Of a stretch of DNA of 64,000 nt, positions 37,695 to 47,268 are shown one piece after another. Each line of letters begins with the position of its first letter. Position 1 is the first letter of the stretch. The notes beneath the pieces are model-generated. The model was not told the origin of the DNA, ran no database searches, and worked only from the letters and a program-made list of their open reading frames with translations. The translations under genes were made by a program, and so were the position numbers. Origin of the DNA: Dehalococcoidia bacterium (GTDB lineage Bacteria; Chloroflexota; Dehalococcoidia; Lucifugimonadales; Lucifugimonadaceae); assembly GCA_026421185.1 (NCBI GenBank), contig JAPKCH010000003.1, forward strand, positions 12,375 to 76,374, read 5' to 3'.

Positions 37695-38265
37695 TTATTG
37701 TGATGTGAGCGTTGTGCGACCCTATTTGAGAGTCGTTTACCGAATCGTGGTAACTACTGGTTGTACTCGATACCACGACTGACCGCAGACACTGCGGGAC
37801 TCACTCAGCATACATGCGAGTCCGTTAGATGAACGTACGTACTGCAGTCAGAGTGGTTCAAGTTACACGATGTGTCCGCTGGACTGAATGTGAAAAGTAC
37901 ACAGCGCTGGCCTGTGATATTTTCGAAACGGAGTAGAATCTCACAAGATCAAAAGGCTTTGCAATATTTTTAGCGACAAATATTGGAATCGACTAAATAT
38001 CCCTGTAGAGATAGATAGTATCGAGTACGCCATCAAACTTGAGGATCGTTGGATCCTCTTCATTTCAAAACTTAGTTATAAATTCGAGGATGAACTACGG
38101 GTATTTGTTCCTTACAATTCGCCAGATAACCCGTCATCCGCGTTATTTACGGGGCATTTTGTGAGTTACGAATATCTGCTAGGCAACCACGATTGGTCTA
38201 TACACATCTAAACTTGTGGCGGAGACAAGTAGACATTTCTAAGACAGATACGAGAGAGATTCAAA

Positions 38266-38412
38266 GTGGACTCGAAAGCATATCGAGGTCGAAAACACCC
38301 GCCCTACTGTACCTGTTTCACCTGCGTCGCTGATCGTCTGACTCGAAATAGTGTTTCCGGGCCTAAGGGATTACTTCTACGGATTCTGCGAATTTTCAGT
38401 GTTAGTCGATAG
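38266..38412 (+). CDS. small 48-aa protein with an HPPYCTCFTC putative metal-binding motif (below the ORF-track size cut-off)
   Basis: GTG 38266 after GAGAGAG; MDSKAYRGRKHPPYCTCFTCVADRLTRNSVSGPKGLLLRILRIFSVSR*. Confidence 0.5.
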   Translation: MDSKAYRGRKHPPYCTCFTCVADRLTRNSVSGPKGLLLRILRIFSVSR

Positions 38413-38415
38413 CTT

Positions 38416-38631
38416 CTAGAGCTTTTCGAACCCGAAGAATCTGCCTAGAACCCAACCGATGGCGAGTCCGATCAGGACTGAAAACGGGATACCGAACAGA
38501 ACGCTGACCATCGCTACATCTTTTGCGTTGGTTTCCGCATCATCGAACTGGAATAGTGAGATTACGAGAAACGCTATTCCCATAATAAATCCCAATGCTG
38601 CACCCATCAGTGCCGATTTACTAAATCTCAA
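38416..38631 (-). CDS. small two-TM membrane protein
   Basis: 71 aa with two hydrophobic helices; GAGG upstream of TTG; directly downstream of the C45 gene. Confidence 0.65.
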   Translation of the reverse strand: MRFSKSALMGAALGFIMGIAFLVISLFQFDDAETNAKDVAMVSVLFGIPFSVLIGLAIGWVLGRFFGFEKL

Positions 38632-38665
38632 CTCTGTTGATCCTCTTCGCTGGTACGCTGATCCA

Positions 38666-39751
38666 TTATCCAGCGTTATATGTTTCGTATTTGTTCTCGC
38701 ACGGATTTCCGTTAGTTACGTGCATTCGATTATCACTAGGTTCAAGGATGATAGAAATAACGCTACGTTGCCAACCCGTGTTTGGATCATCATTGGGATG
38801 CCGACATATCGACGTAGGGAAACCATCGTGGTCCGACAACAATAATTTAGCGTCGTCGATCGATACTTTTCCTTGATTCAGTCGAGCGTTTAGAAGTTCT
38901 TTACCGCGATCTCGTCGTTGGAATGACTGACCATAGATTTTGTCGGAAAAATCAAGATTGTTCGACACATACGATGGATGAACACAGTGATTCGTGTGGA
39001 CCAATACACCATCTGAATCTGTCGTAATCGATTCGACAGATTCAGGCATAATCTCAAGATTTAGTGGGCCTTCATTCGTAATCATCGCAGCGTTGGCAGT
39101 GAGTGCTCTCGGAGCTGACTCCACCGCACTTATAGCTTCAGCAGTAGTCTTTGCCTCCAGGATCGCACGAACAAAGAAGTACCAAGGAAGCCCTTTTGGA
39201 TCCGATGGTCCATTTAACGCATTCATGCATATGCCGATTCCAGACGAACTGAATCCCATGTAAGCAATTAATCCTGGCTGCATCCATGATGTGAAGGCTG
39301 CCTTGCCGTGTCCCTTCCGAGTGATCACGGTCGACAGCGGAGCCATCGCTGGATCGTTGTCCCAGTTCTGACCTGCAAAGCCCTTGCCTGAACCAGAAGA
39401 CTCCGCCGAAACCAAGATCGACGTACAGCCCTCCGATTGGTAACCGAGCATGTTCCTTGCATTGAACACCATCAAGCGCTCGACAGATATACCTGAAGCG
39501 TTGGATGTACCTTCCATCTCTTTGAGAGAGTCAGGGAAGAACTCAGTAACACGGTCGAAACTACGCAGAGCTACTTGTTCAGCGCGTTCCCATGTAACTT
39601 GTTGAATTGCACCTTTGTTGAAGCGTTCGAGCACGATATCCGAAAGTTCAACGATCTGGCTTCGAAAGTGCTCGCCAATCTGTTGTCCCATTTCGACTGG
39701 TGAGCCGCTAACGGTTAATTCAGGAAAACGTGCATTGGTTTGAGAATTCAT
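38666..39751 (-). CDS. C45-family Ntn hydrolase/acyltransferase
   Basis: MGQQIG, EG-CTS autoproteolytic Cys, GQNWD, HTNH, ICRH, G.PC. Confidence 0.85.
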   Translation of the reverse strand: MNSQTNARFPELTVSGSPVEMGQQIGEHFRSQIVELSDIVLERFNKGAIQQVTWERAEQVALRSFDRVTEFFPDSLKEMEGTSNASGISVERLMVFNARNMLGYQSEGCTSILVSAESSGSGKGFAGQNWDNDPAMAPLSTVITRKGHGKAAFTSWMQPGLIAYMGFSSSGIGICMNALNGPSDPKGLPWYFFVRAILEAKTTAEAISAVESAPRALTANAAMITNEGPLNLEIMPESVESITTDSDGVLVHTNHCVHPSYVSNNLDFSDKIYGQSFQRRDRGKELLNARLNQGKVSIDDAKLLLSDHDGFPTSICRHPNDDPNTGWQRSVISIILEPSDNRMHVTNGNPCENKYETYNAG

Positions 39752-39884
39752 AAATAATTAACTAGACCTATATGGCTTCCTATTCATACTTGGTGACAAT
39801 GAATGCAATCAAAATAACACCGAGTTGTTTGCTAGACTCGCCACCTCTTGAGATTTCATTAGCTAATTGTGAGGGTACGTATCG

Positions 39885-41651
39885 ATGGGAACAGACCAAG
39901 CCAATGGCAAAATACTTCGTTCAGAGGAGTGGTTTGGAACCAGAGATCTTGAAGGCTTCTTGCATCGTGCCGGTCTAAAGAATCAAGGATGGTCTGAGAA
40001 ATCATTCGCTGGACGCCCAGTGATCGGCATTGCCAACTCTTGGTCGGAAGCCACGCACTGCAATGCTCACCTACGTGATCTTGCTGAACACGTAAAACGT
40101 GGAGTTCTCGCTGCTGGTGGATTCCCGATTGAATTCCCAACTATTTCACTTGGCGAGTTCTTCCTTTCACCGACATCTATGTTTTGTAGGAATCTTATGT
40201 CGATGGACACCGAAGAGATGATCCGCGGTCTCCCGATTGATGGTGTCGTTCTGCTTTCGGGTTGTGACAAAACCACGCCTGCAATGCTGATGGGCGCTGC
40301 TTCAGCTGACCTGCCTGCAATCGTTCTTACCGGTGGACCTCAATTAAAGGGCAACTGGAAGGGCGAAGAACTTGGGTCTTGTACCGACTGTCGTCGTTAC
40401 TGGGCTGAGCTACGCGCTGGAACAATAACTCAAGCCGAATACGATTCGATGGAATCGGCAATTTATCGTTCACCAGGCCACTGCATGGTCATGGGCACAG
40501 CTTCGACTATGGGTGCGATTGTCGAAACTCTCGGCATGTGCTTACCCGGGGGAGCTGTCGTTCCCGGTGCTGACTCCCGCCGAAAAGTTCTCGCCGAAGA
40601 CTCCGGTCGAGCAGCAGTGGATCTTGTAAAGAAGGGCATTCGACCTTCCGACATCATGACTGAAGATGCATTCGACAACGCAATTCGCATGCTTTTAGCA
40701 GCTGGTGGTTCGACAAATGCGATTATCCACCTAACTGCTATAGCCGGTCGTGCAGGCATAAAGCTCCCACTTGAACGGTTCAATGAGCTGTCCGAAACAA
40801 CTCCGGTAATCGTCAATCTCAAGCCGGGCGGAAAGTATCTGATGGAAGACTTGTTCTACGCCGGCGGCGTAGAAGCTGTTCTCAAGAAGATGTCGAGTTT
40901 GCTAACACTAGATTGCCTGACGGTCACTGGTGATACGCTCGGAGAGAACATTGCTGACGCTGAATGCCATAACGATGACGTCGTCCTATCTCTTGAAACC
41001 CCGCTTGCCAAAGAAGGTGGCTTGTCAGTCCTGAAAGGGTCGCTTGCTCCGGATGGCGCAGTGATCAAACACATTGCAGCTTCTCCTGAATTGTTGCAGC
41101 ACACAGGTCGCGCTGTCGTATTTGAGAATCCACTCGATCTCAAGAACCGAATCGACGACCCTGATCTTGATGTAACCAAGGACGACATTCTCGTCATGAA
41201 GGGAGCAGGTCCTGTTGGTGGCCCAGGAATGCCAGAGGCTGGATTTCTACCACTGCCGAAGAAGCTTCTCGCTCAAGGCGTGCGCGATATGGTCCGAATA
41301 TCCGATGCACGTATGAGCGGTACGGCGTTTGGAACGATCGTGCTTCACGTGTCACCAGAGTCCCACATTGGAGGCCCGCTAGCCCTCGTGCAATCGGGAG
41401 ACATGATTACGTTAGATGTTGAAGCGAAGAAGCTTGATTTAAATGTTAACGAAGTTGAGCTTGCACGACGCCGAGCAGCATTACCGGAGCCTGTAGCAGA
41501 TGGCGGGTTCACTCGTGGTTACGGAAAGATGTACTCACAACACATTACCCAAGCTCAGGATGGCTGCGACTTCGACTTCCTGGTCGGCAAAACACCTGTT
41601 GAGACCCACGTCGAATCAGCAACTCACAACGCTGGATTCCACACTGGTTGA
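39885..41651 (+). CDS. IlvD/Edd-family [Fe-S] dehydratase, probable aldonate (sugar-acid) dehydratase
   Basis: RPVIGIANSWS, HCN, GCDKTTPA, GHCMVMGTASTM, GGSTNAIIH, GPGMPEAG, SDARMSGTAFG. Confidence 0.9.
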   Translation: MGTDQANGKILRSEEWFGTRDLEGFLHRAGLKNQGWSEKSFAGRPVIGIANSWSEATHCNAHLRDLAEHVKRGVLAAGGFPIEFPTISLGEFFLSPTSMFCRNLMSMDTEEMIRGLPIDGVVLLSGCDKTTPAMLMGAASADLPAIVLTGGPQLKGNWKGEELGSCTDCRRYWAELRAGTITQAEYDSMESAIYRSPGHCMVMGTASTMGAIVETLGMCLPGGAVVPGADSRRKVLAEDSGRAAVDLVKKGIRPSDIMTEDAFDNAIRMLLAAGGSTNAIIHLTAIAGRAGIKLPLERFNELSETTPVIVNLKPGGKYLMEDLFYAGGVEAVLKKMSSLLTLDCLTVTGDTLGENIADAECHNDDVVLSLETPLAKEGGLSVLKGSLAPDGAVIKHIAASPELLQHTGRAVVFENPLDLKNRIDDPDLDVTKDDILVMKGAGPVGGPGMPEAGFLPLPKKLLAQGVRDMVRISDARMSGTAFGTIVLHVSPESHIGGPLALVQSGDMITLDVEAKKLDLNVNEVELARRRAALPEPVADGGFTRGYGKMYSQHITQAQDGCDFDFLVGKTPVETHVESATHNAGFHTG

Positions 41652-41667
41652 TCCAGCGACTGAATAG

Positions 41668-42687
41668 TTAGTCAGGCGTTGGTGCATTGTCGGGAATAAG
41701 ACCTGCAATACGCATGTCGCTCCATACCGCAGCAGGAATGTCTTGCTGCACCATGGCGATATTTTGCTCTAGCTCAGCGATCGTCTGGGCACCTGGTACC
41801 GCAGTAGCAACTGCCGGGTGAGCAAGAACGAACTGAAGCGCTGCGGCTTTTAAGTCGACTCCATGCGCAACACATATTTCAGTCAATTTACGTGCCGTAG
41901 AAATTAAATCATCTGACGCCTGTTCGTAATCGAACGTTACCGGTTGTGAAAGATCACGAGCGAGAATGCCCGAGTTGTACGGGCCACCAATAGTGATCTT
42001 CACTTCACGTTCGACACAGGCAGGCAGGAATTCAGACAAGCCTGAGTGGTCTAGGAGAGTGTATCGCCCCGCCAGCAGGATGATGTCTAGGTCGAATCGC
42101 TGGATGAATTGCAATGGCATTTGCCACTCGTTCATTCCACAACCGATCGCCTTGATAGTTCCTTGATCTCGTAATTCAATCAGAGCTGGGAACGCTTCGT
42201 TTAGAGCTTGCCCTTCACCGTAAGTTTCTACATCTGGATCATGAACGTAGATGATTTCCACGCTATCGAGGTTTAATCGCTTCAGGCTTTCTTCGATAGA
42301 TCGGTGAACGTCGTCTCGAGTCCACGAATTGACAGCGACTAGCTCCCCGATACCATCCGGATCATCTGTAGGAACCATTCCGCCTTCAACGGCATTAAGA
42401 ACACGACCGATTTTGGTCGAAACAACGAATGAATCTCGATCTGCAGACGCGTACGAAGATTGACCTACCCGAGCTTCTGCACGCCCAGAACCATAGAGTG
42501 GTGCTGTATCGACATACGAAATACCCAGTTCTTGAGCACGGTCAATGACCTTTACCGCCTCGTCATGTGCTGTGCCGCCGTAGAGGCCGTCAGCGAGCAC
42601 CATTCCACTCAACGGCGCAGTTCCTAGGCCGAGCCTCGGAACTGAAATGCCGGTGTTTCCTAATGGGATTTTCTGGAATGGATCCAT
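41668..42687 (-). CDS. aldo/keto reductase, D-threo-aldose 1-dehydrogenase-like
   Basis: LGLGTAPL, DTAPLYG.G.AE, STKIGR, YVHDPD, LAGRYTLLD, GGPYNSGILA, AALQF. Confidence 0.82.
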   Translation of the reverse strand: MDPFQKIPLGNTGISVPRLGLGTAPLSGMVLADGLYGGTAHDEAVKVIDRAQELGISYVDTAPLYGSGRAEARVGQSSYASADRDSFVVSTKIGRVLNAVEGGMVPTDDPDGIGELVAVNSWTRDDVHRSIEESLKRLNLDSVEIIYVHDPDVETYGEGQALNEAFPALIELRDQGTIKAIGCGMNEWQMPLQFIQRFDLDIILLAGRYTLLDHSGLSEFLPACVEREVKITIGGPYNSGILARDLSQPVTFDYEQASDDLISTARKLTEICVAHGVDLKAAALQFVLAHPAVATAVPGAQTIAELEQNIAMVQQDIPAAVWSDMRIAGLIPDNAPTPD

Positions 42688-42737
42688 CTCGATGAACTTT
42701 CCTGTCGATTACTAAGTGCTAGATGTTTACTTATGAA

Positions 42738-43802
42738 CTACTTCGATACCAACTCTGCGATGGCGTCACCAACTCCTTCGGTGGTCGAAGAACCGCCAAG
42801 GTCAGGTGTCAGAAGTTCGCCCTGCTCAAGTAACTGCAGAACAGCAGCATCAACGTCGGCGGCAGCAGCGTCTTCACCGAGGTGGCGAAGCATCATTGCA
42901 CTTGTCAAAATTTGAGCCATCGGATTGGCAATTCCCTGACCTGCAATGTCTGGAGCCGAACCATGTGTTGGCTCGAACATAGATGGAACTGATCGGTCAG
43001 GGTTTATGTTTGCGCTTGAAGCCAATCCCATGCTGCCAGTGATGATCGCACCAATGTCTGTAATGATGTCTCCGAAAAGGTTCGGAGCCACGATTACATC
43101 AAACATCTCGGGTCGTCGAATAAGATCCATGCAAGCTGCGTCTATCAGTAGCGATGCCGAGTCGATGTCTGTGTACTCTTCTGCAACTTCTGCGAACGTC
43201 CGGTCCCAGATAGTCATGTAGCCAAGAGCGTTCGATTTCGTGATGGATGTGACGTGGTTCTTTTTGCCACGTTCACGGGCGAGATCAAACGCGTAGCGAA
43301 TAGCTCGTTCACAACCCATGCGTGTGTAAACGGCTGTCTGTACAGCGACTTCGTTTGGTGTCCCGTGGTAAGCGAATCCACCAATGTTGAGGTATTCACC
43401 TTCAGTATTTTCTCGAATTACGGTTAGGTCAATGTCGTAAGGTTTCTTGCCTGACAAAGGAGACTCAACACCAGGGTACAAAACCGAAGGACGTAAGCAA
43501 ATGTACTGGTCGAAACGTCGACGAATCGGCAGCAGTAGGCCGTCGAGAGTGATGTTGTCCTGAATGTCAGGGTGCCCCACTGCTCCGAGGAATACAGCGT
43601 TGAAGTCCTCAAGAGTTACCAGCGCGTCATCCGGCATCATCTTGCCGTGTTTAAAGTAGTAATCTGAACTCCAAGGAAGCTCTGTGTAATCCCATGTAAT
43701 ACCGTATTTTGGAGCAAGGGCATCGAGCACTTTCATGCCTTCGTTTACAACGTCGACACCAATTCCGTCACCTTTGACGATTGCGATTTTATGTGTTGCC
43801 AT
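42738..43802 (-). CDS. isocitrate/isopropylmalate-family beta-decarboxylating dehydrogenase (tartrate/D-malate dehydrogenase-like)
   Basis: GDGIG.DV, LLLPIRRRFDQY..LRP, RENTEGEY, TKSNA, NLFGDIITD, SMFEPTHGSAPDIAG. Confidence 0.88.
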   Translation of the reverse strand: MATHKIAIVKGDGIGVDVVNEGMKVLDALAPKYGITWDYTELPWSSDYYFKHGKMMPDDALVTLEDFNAVFLGAVGHPDIQDNITLDGLLLPIRRRFDQYICLRPSVLYPGVESPLSGKKPYDIDLTVIRENTEGEYLNIGGFAYHGTPNEVAVQTAVYTRMGCERAIRYAFDLARERGKKNHVTSITKSNALGYMTIWDRTFAEVAEEYTDIDSASLLIDAACMDLIRRPEMFDVIVAPNLFGDIITDIGAIITGSMGLASSANINPDRSVPSMFEPTHGSAPDIAGQGIANPMAQILTSAMMLRHLGEDAAAADVDAAVLQLLEQGELLTPDLGGSSTTEGVGDAIAELVSK

Positions 43803-43911
43803 TCGAGCGGATTCCTATTTTTTTTGGTTACGTAATAATTGGATAGTGTGGTGAGATCCAGTGATCGAATCGAACCACGTTGTTGAATTTGTTTGAACCC
43901 ATGAAACGGGA

Positions 43912-44784
43912 TTACTTAGATCGCTCTTCAATGAGTTCGAGAACTCCCGAAATGTCATGCTCTTTTTTGCCGGCATCCATCATCGTGTTGTACATCTCGA
44001 GTGACTTTGTAGCCAGTTCAAGCGAAAGACCTTCATCTTCAGCTAACTGGCCGATAATGCCGAGATCTTTCCAGATGAGACGGAGAGGCGCAGCTGAATC
44101 TGGGAAGTCTCGAGCTGCAGTCATTGGAGCATTTCGTTCGATCATCGTGCTACCGCCCCAACTTACTCCAAGTAAGTCAGCAGCTGTTTGAATATCGACT
44201 CCAGCTGAATTGGCGAGGGCGAATGCTTCAGCAGCGGCAACGCTATGTACGCCGACGAGGAGCTGGTTGATCAGCTTCATTGCTGTGCCTGCGCCAGTAG
44301 GTCCCATCAGTTTGACGTTGGCACCCATTTTGGAAAAGTACTCATGCGCAAGTTCGAACGCATCTTCGGAACCGCCCGCCATGATCGCCAATGTGCCAGC
44401 TGCTGCTCCACCAGGACCGCCTGAGATAGGAGCATCGAGGAAATGGGCACCTTTGGCCTGTGCGGCTTCGGCACAAGCACGTGATGTCGCAATATCTACC
44501 GTTCCGTGATCAACGATCACCTGACCCGAGTGTGCGTTGGCGATTACGCCATCTTCACCAAGAAGAATTTCTCGGGAAGTTTTCACATCTGGCAAACAGA
44601 CCATCACGACTTCGACGTTCTTGGTTAGTTCGGCGACGGAAGTTGCGCCCTTGGCACCACGTTCGATCATCGCTTCGATCTTGGATTGTGTGCGTGTGAA
44701 CACAGTAAGATCAGTACCCTTTTCGAGGAGGTTGTCTACCATCCCCTGTCCCATGTATCCAAGACCCACAAAGCCGACTGACAT
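43912..44784 (-). CDS. beta-hydroxyacid dehydrogenase (3-hydroxyisobutyrate DH / tartronate semialdehyde reductase family)
   Basis: GFVGLGYMG, LDAPISGG, GTLAIMAGG, G.G..MKLINQ, KDL. Confidence 0.88.
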   Translation of the reverse strand: MSVGFVGLGYMGQGMVDNLLEKGTDLTVFTRTQSKIEAMIERGAKGATSVAELTKNVEVVMVCLPDVKTSREILLGEDGVIANAHSGQVIVDHGTVDIATSRACAEAAQAKGAHFLDAPISGGPGGAAAGTLAIMAGGSEDAFELAHEYFSKMGANVKLMGPTGAGTAMKLINQLLVGVHSVAAAEAFALANSAGVDIQTAADLLGVSWGGSTMIERNAPMTAARDFPDSAAPLRLIWKDLGIIGQLAEDEGLSLELATKSLEMYNTMMDAGKKEHDISGVLELIEERSK

Positions 44785-44963
44785 TATTTGAGAACTCCCG
44801 TGGAAAATCTGATATTGATTGTGCGTAAATGTGAATTTATGTCACATCGTTACGTAAATAAAGAAGATAGCTCCCTCGATACGTGACGCGATTATATCCG
44901 CTACTCGCCTGTGGTTTGTCGAAAGGTTAATAAATTTTCAGCAGATACGTATTTAGTTAAAAC

Positions 44964-44998
44964 AAAAAAAGCGCCGGAATAATCCAACGCCTTTTTTT
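44964..44998 (-). terminator. intrinsic terminator after the ABC permeases
   Basis: Minus strand GGCGTTGGA-TTAT-TCCGGCGCT followed by a T run. Confidence 0.75.
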
Positions 44999-45018
44999 GT
45001 GTTTCTTTTGAATTGAGA

Positions 45019-46065
45019 CTAGTCCAGTTGTCTTAATCTCGGGTCGAGACGATCACGTAACCAGTCACCGAAGAAGTTCAATGCCATCACAACCAAGAAG
45101 ATTGCGAATCCAGGCCAGAATGAAATCCACCATGCTTCTTCAATGAACTGCCTACCGTCACTAACACTCTTACCCCATGCAGGGATCGGGTCTGGAATAC
45201 CAGCACCCAAGAATGAAAGTGTTGATTCCGTCAGAATCAATTGACCAACTCGAAGTGAGGCAACAACAAGAATTGTGCTGTACGTACCTGGCAATATGTG
45301 CCTGAGAATAATCCGTATCGAAGACGCACCAGCTACTCTAGCCGCAGCGACATATTCCTGACCACGAATAGTCAATACATCAGCACGTACTTGTCGTACG
45401 AAAGCTGTCCAAGCCACAAGAGTGATCAAGAATATGACAACACCCTTCGCGGCTCCTCCTGACGTTAAGAATTGCTGCGCTACCACCAGTGCGATCAAAA
45501 TAAACGGAAGTGCTAACCACACATCCACAAGACGCATCAATATCTCGTCAGTCCATCCACCAAAGTAACCTGAGATTATTCCCAAAAGAGATCCGACAAT
45601 AATTCCTGTAGTAAGGGCGTATGCAGTCACTTCAAGAGAAATACGTGCGCCGTAAATCACACGAGAAAGTACGTCACGTCCTAAGTTATCGGCACCAAGT
45701 ATGTATACCGAACGTGGGAAGGTGCTCTTCTTCGCCCTATTGAATGCCGAGCGCTGTTTAGTTATCGACATGTCGTAGTCAGCGGGGTCTGGCGCAGTGT
45801 TGAACTCTGGTCTTTCAGCACCCCAAGTTGGCGGGTAGTTTCTGAATGAAAGAGACTGTGAAACAGGATCTGCTGGTGCTATAGCAGGAGCGAATATACC
45901 AGCAATAAGCAATACAGACATGATTATCAACGGGATTATCGGCCATCGCCTAAGGAAGTAGAAAGCCTGAGAAGCGATTCGACGTTTTGCAACGCTACGC
46001 AGTTCTACGCTTTTACCCGTATCCGAAGCACTATTGTTGGTTTGTATGTCAGCCTGTTGAGCCAT
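45019..46065 (-). CDS. ABC transporter permease, DppC/OppC type
   Basis: LGADNLGRDVLSRVIYGARISL, EYVAAARVAGAS (EAA loop), HILP, LSFLG.G, GDWLRD.LDPR. Confidence 0.93.
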   Translation of the reverse strand: MAQQADIQTNNSASDTGKSVELRSVAKRRIASQAFYFLRRWPIIPLIIMSVLLIAGIFAPAIAPADPVSQSLSFRNYPPTWGAERPEFNTAPDPADYDMSITKQRSAFNRAKKSTFPRSVYILGADNLGRDVLSRVIYGARISLEVTAYALTTGIIVGSLLGIISGYFGGWTDEILMRLVDVWLALPFILIALVVAQQFLTSGGAAKGVVIFLITLVAWTAFVRQVRADVLTIRGQEYVAAARVAGASSIRIILRHILPGTYSTILVVASLRVGQLILTESTLSFLGAGIPDPIPAWGKSVSDGRQFIEEAWWISFWPGFAIFLVVMALNFFGDWLRDRLDPRLRQLD

Positions 46066-46110
46066 GTGCCTACGCTAAAAACTAAATGTCTTTAAAAAGT
46101 TGTACCGCGT

Positions 46111-47046
46111 CTAGTCGTACCGAATTCTCGGATCGATGTACGCGTACAAGAGGTCGGTGATGAAAGTCATACCAACGAACAAAATTGTGAAGAAAAACAC
46201 AACGCCTTGCAGTACCGGAAAGTCGTTGTTATTCACAGCCGTTATAGCCATTTGCCCCATTCCAGGCCAAGCAAATATTGTTTCTACTAAAACTGAACCA
46301 GTAAGAAAATAGGTCAATCCCAAAGTCATGCCAGTTAGGGGCTGAATGAAGGCATTTTTAAAGGCATGCTTCCAAATTACCTTGCTATTGCCGACACCTT
46401 TGGCACGTGCAAGCCGTACATACTCAGAATCAAGTACTTCTAACATTGCCGTTCGAGTGATTCGCATGTAGAACGCAAATCCGCCTGATGCCAAAGTGAT
46501 TGTCGGAAGCACCAGAAATTTAACGTCCCAGAAACCATCACCCTTGAGCCCGGCTGGAAATATTTGCCACTTCACAGCGAACAGCATGATCAACACAAGG
46601 CCGAGCCAAAATTGAGGCACCGCCTGTCCTAGCAATGCAAAAAATCTACCGAGATAATCCCAAATACTTCCACGTTTTACCGCAGATAGAACTCCAAGCG
46701 GGATACCGACCACAAATGAAAGAATGAACGCTGTGGCTCCTAAATGAAGAGTAGTTGGGAGGCGTTTCAAAACCACCCTCAACACTGGCTTACGATCCTT
46801 GATCGTCTCTCCCATGTCGCCTTTGAGCGTGCGGCCAAGCCATAGCGCATATTGAACTGGAACTGGACGATCCAGCGCCAATTTCTTGCGTAGAGCCGCT
46901 TCACTTTCAGCTGTTAGGCCGTATCCCGAAGTGGCGTAAAGCAGTAACGGGTCGCCATTTGCGCGCGACAGCAAGAATACCGCCATGGTCGCAACCACAA
47001 TACTGACTAACGAAAACACGAATCTACGAATAATAAAACGCCGCAT
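46111..47046 (-). CDS. ABC transporter permease, DppB/OppB type
   Basis: LDRP...QY..W, P.FWLG, EYVRLARAKG, VETIFAWPGMG, DFPVLQG, YIDPRIRY; ATG 47046 after AAGGA. Confidence 0.93.
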   Translation of the reverse strand: MRRFIIRRFVFSLVSIVVATMAVFLLSRANGDPLLLYATSGYGLTAESEAALRKKLALDRPVPVQYALWLGRTLKGDMGETIKDRKPVLRVVLKRLPTTLHLGATAFILSFVVGIPLGVLSAVKRGSIWDYLGRFFALLGQAVPQFWLGLVLIMLFAVKWQIFPAGLKGDGFWDVKFLVLPTITLASGGFAFYMRITRTAMLEVLDSEYVRLARAKGVGNSKVIWKHAFKNAFIQPLTGMTLGLTYFLTGSVLVETIFAWPGMGQMAITAVNNNDFPVLQGVVFFFTILFVGMTFITDLLYAYIDPRIRYD

Positions 47047-47189
47047 TGATTCCTTGAATCCCACGAGATAATTAATTTTTTGTAAGAGTGGGTTGAGATT
47101 ACCATATATAAAGCTAATCTCACCTATTAGTAATCCCAAATAATGTATTTATAAGCCTTTATTTGGAATTACTAACAGATATTAAATAG

Positions 47190-47219
47190 GAAGGGGACCA
47201 CCAAATGGTGGCCCCCTTC
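47190..47219 (-). terminator. GC-rich hairpin after the substrate-binding protein gene (terminator or mRNA stabiliser)
   Basis: GAAGGGGACCACCA-AA-TGGTGGCCCCCTTC inverted repeat. Confidence 0.6.
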
Positions 47220-47268
47220 TTGTTTAACGTTAACCGTTACAAACTGGCAACTTGATCTGAAGTTCGAA

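Noticed and set aside
46111..47139. Upstream starts given by the ORF track for dppB (47139), alaS (31758), aroB (25668), purB (4568) and Virulence_fact (50517)
   Set aside because: Family N-termini and RBS positions support the downstream starts used in the feature list
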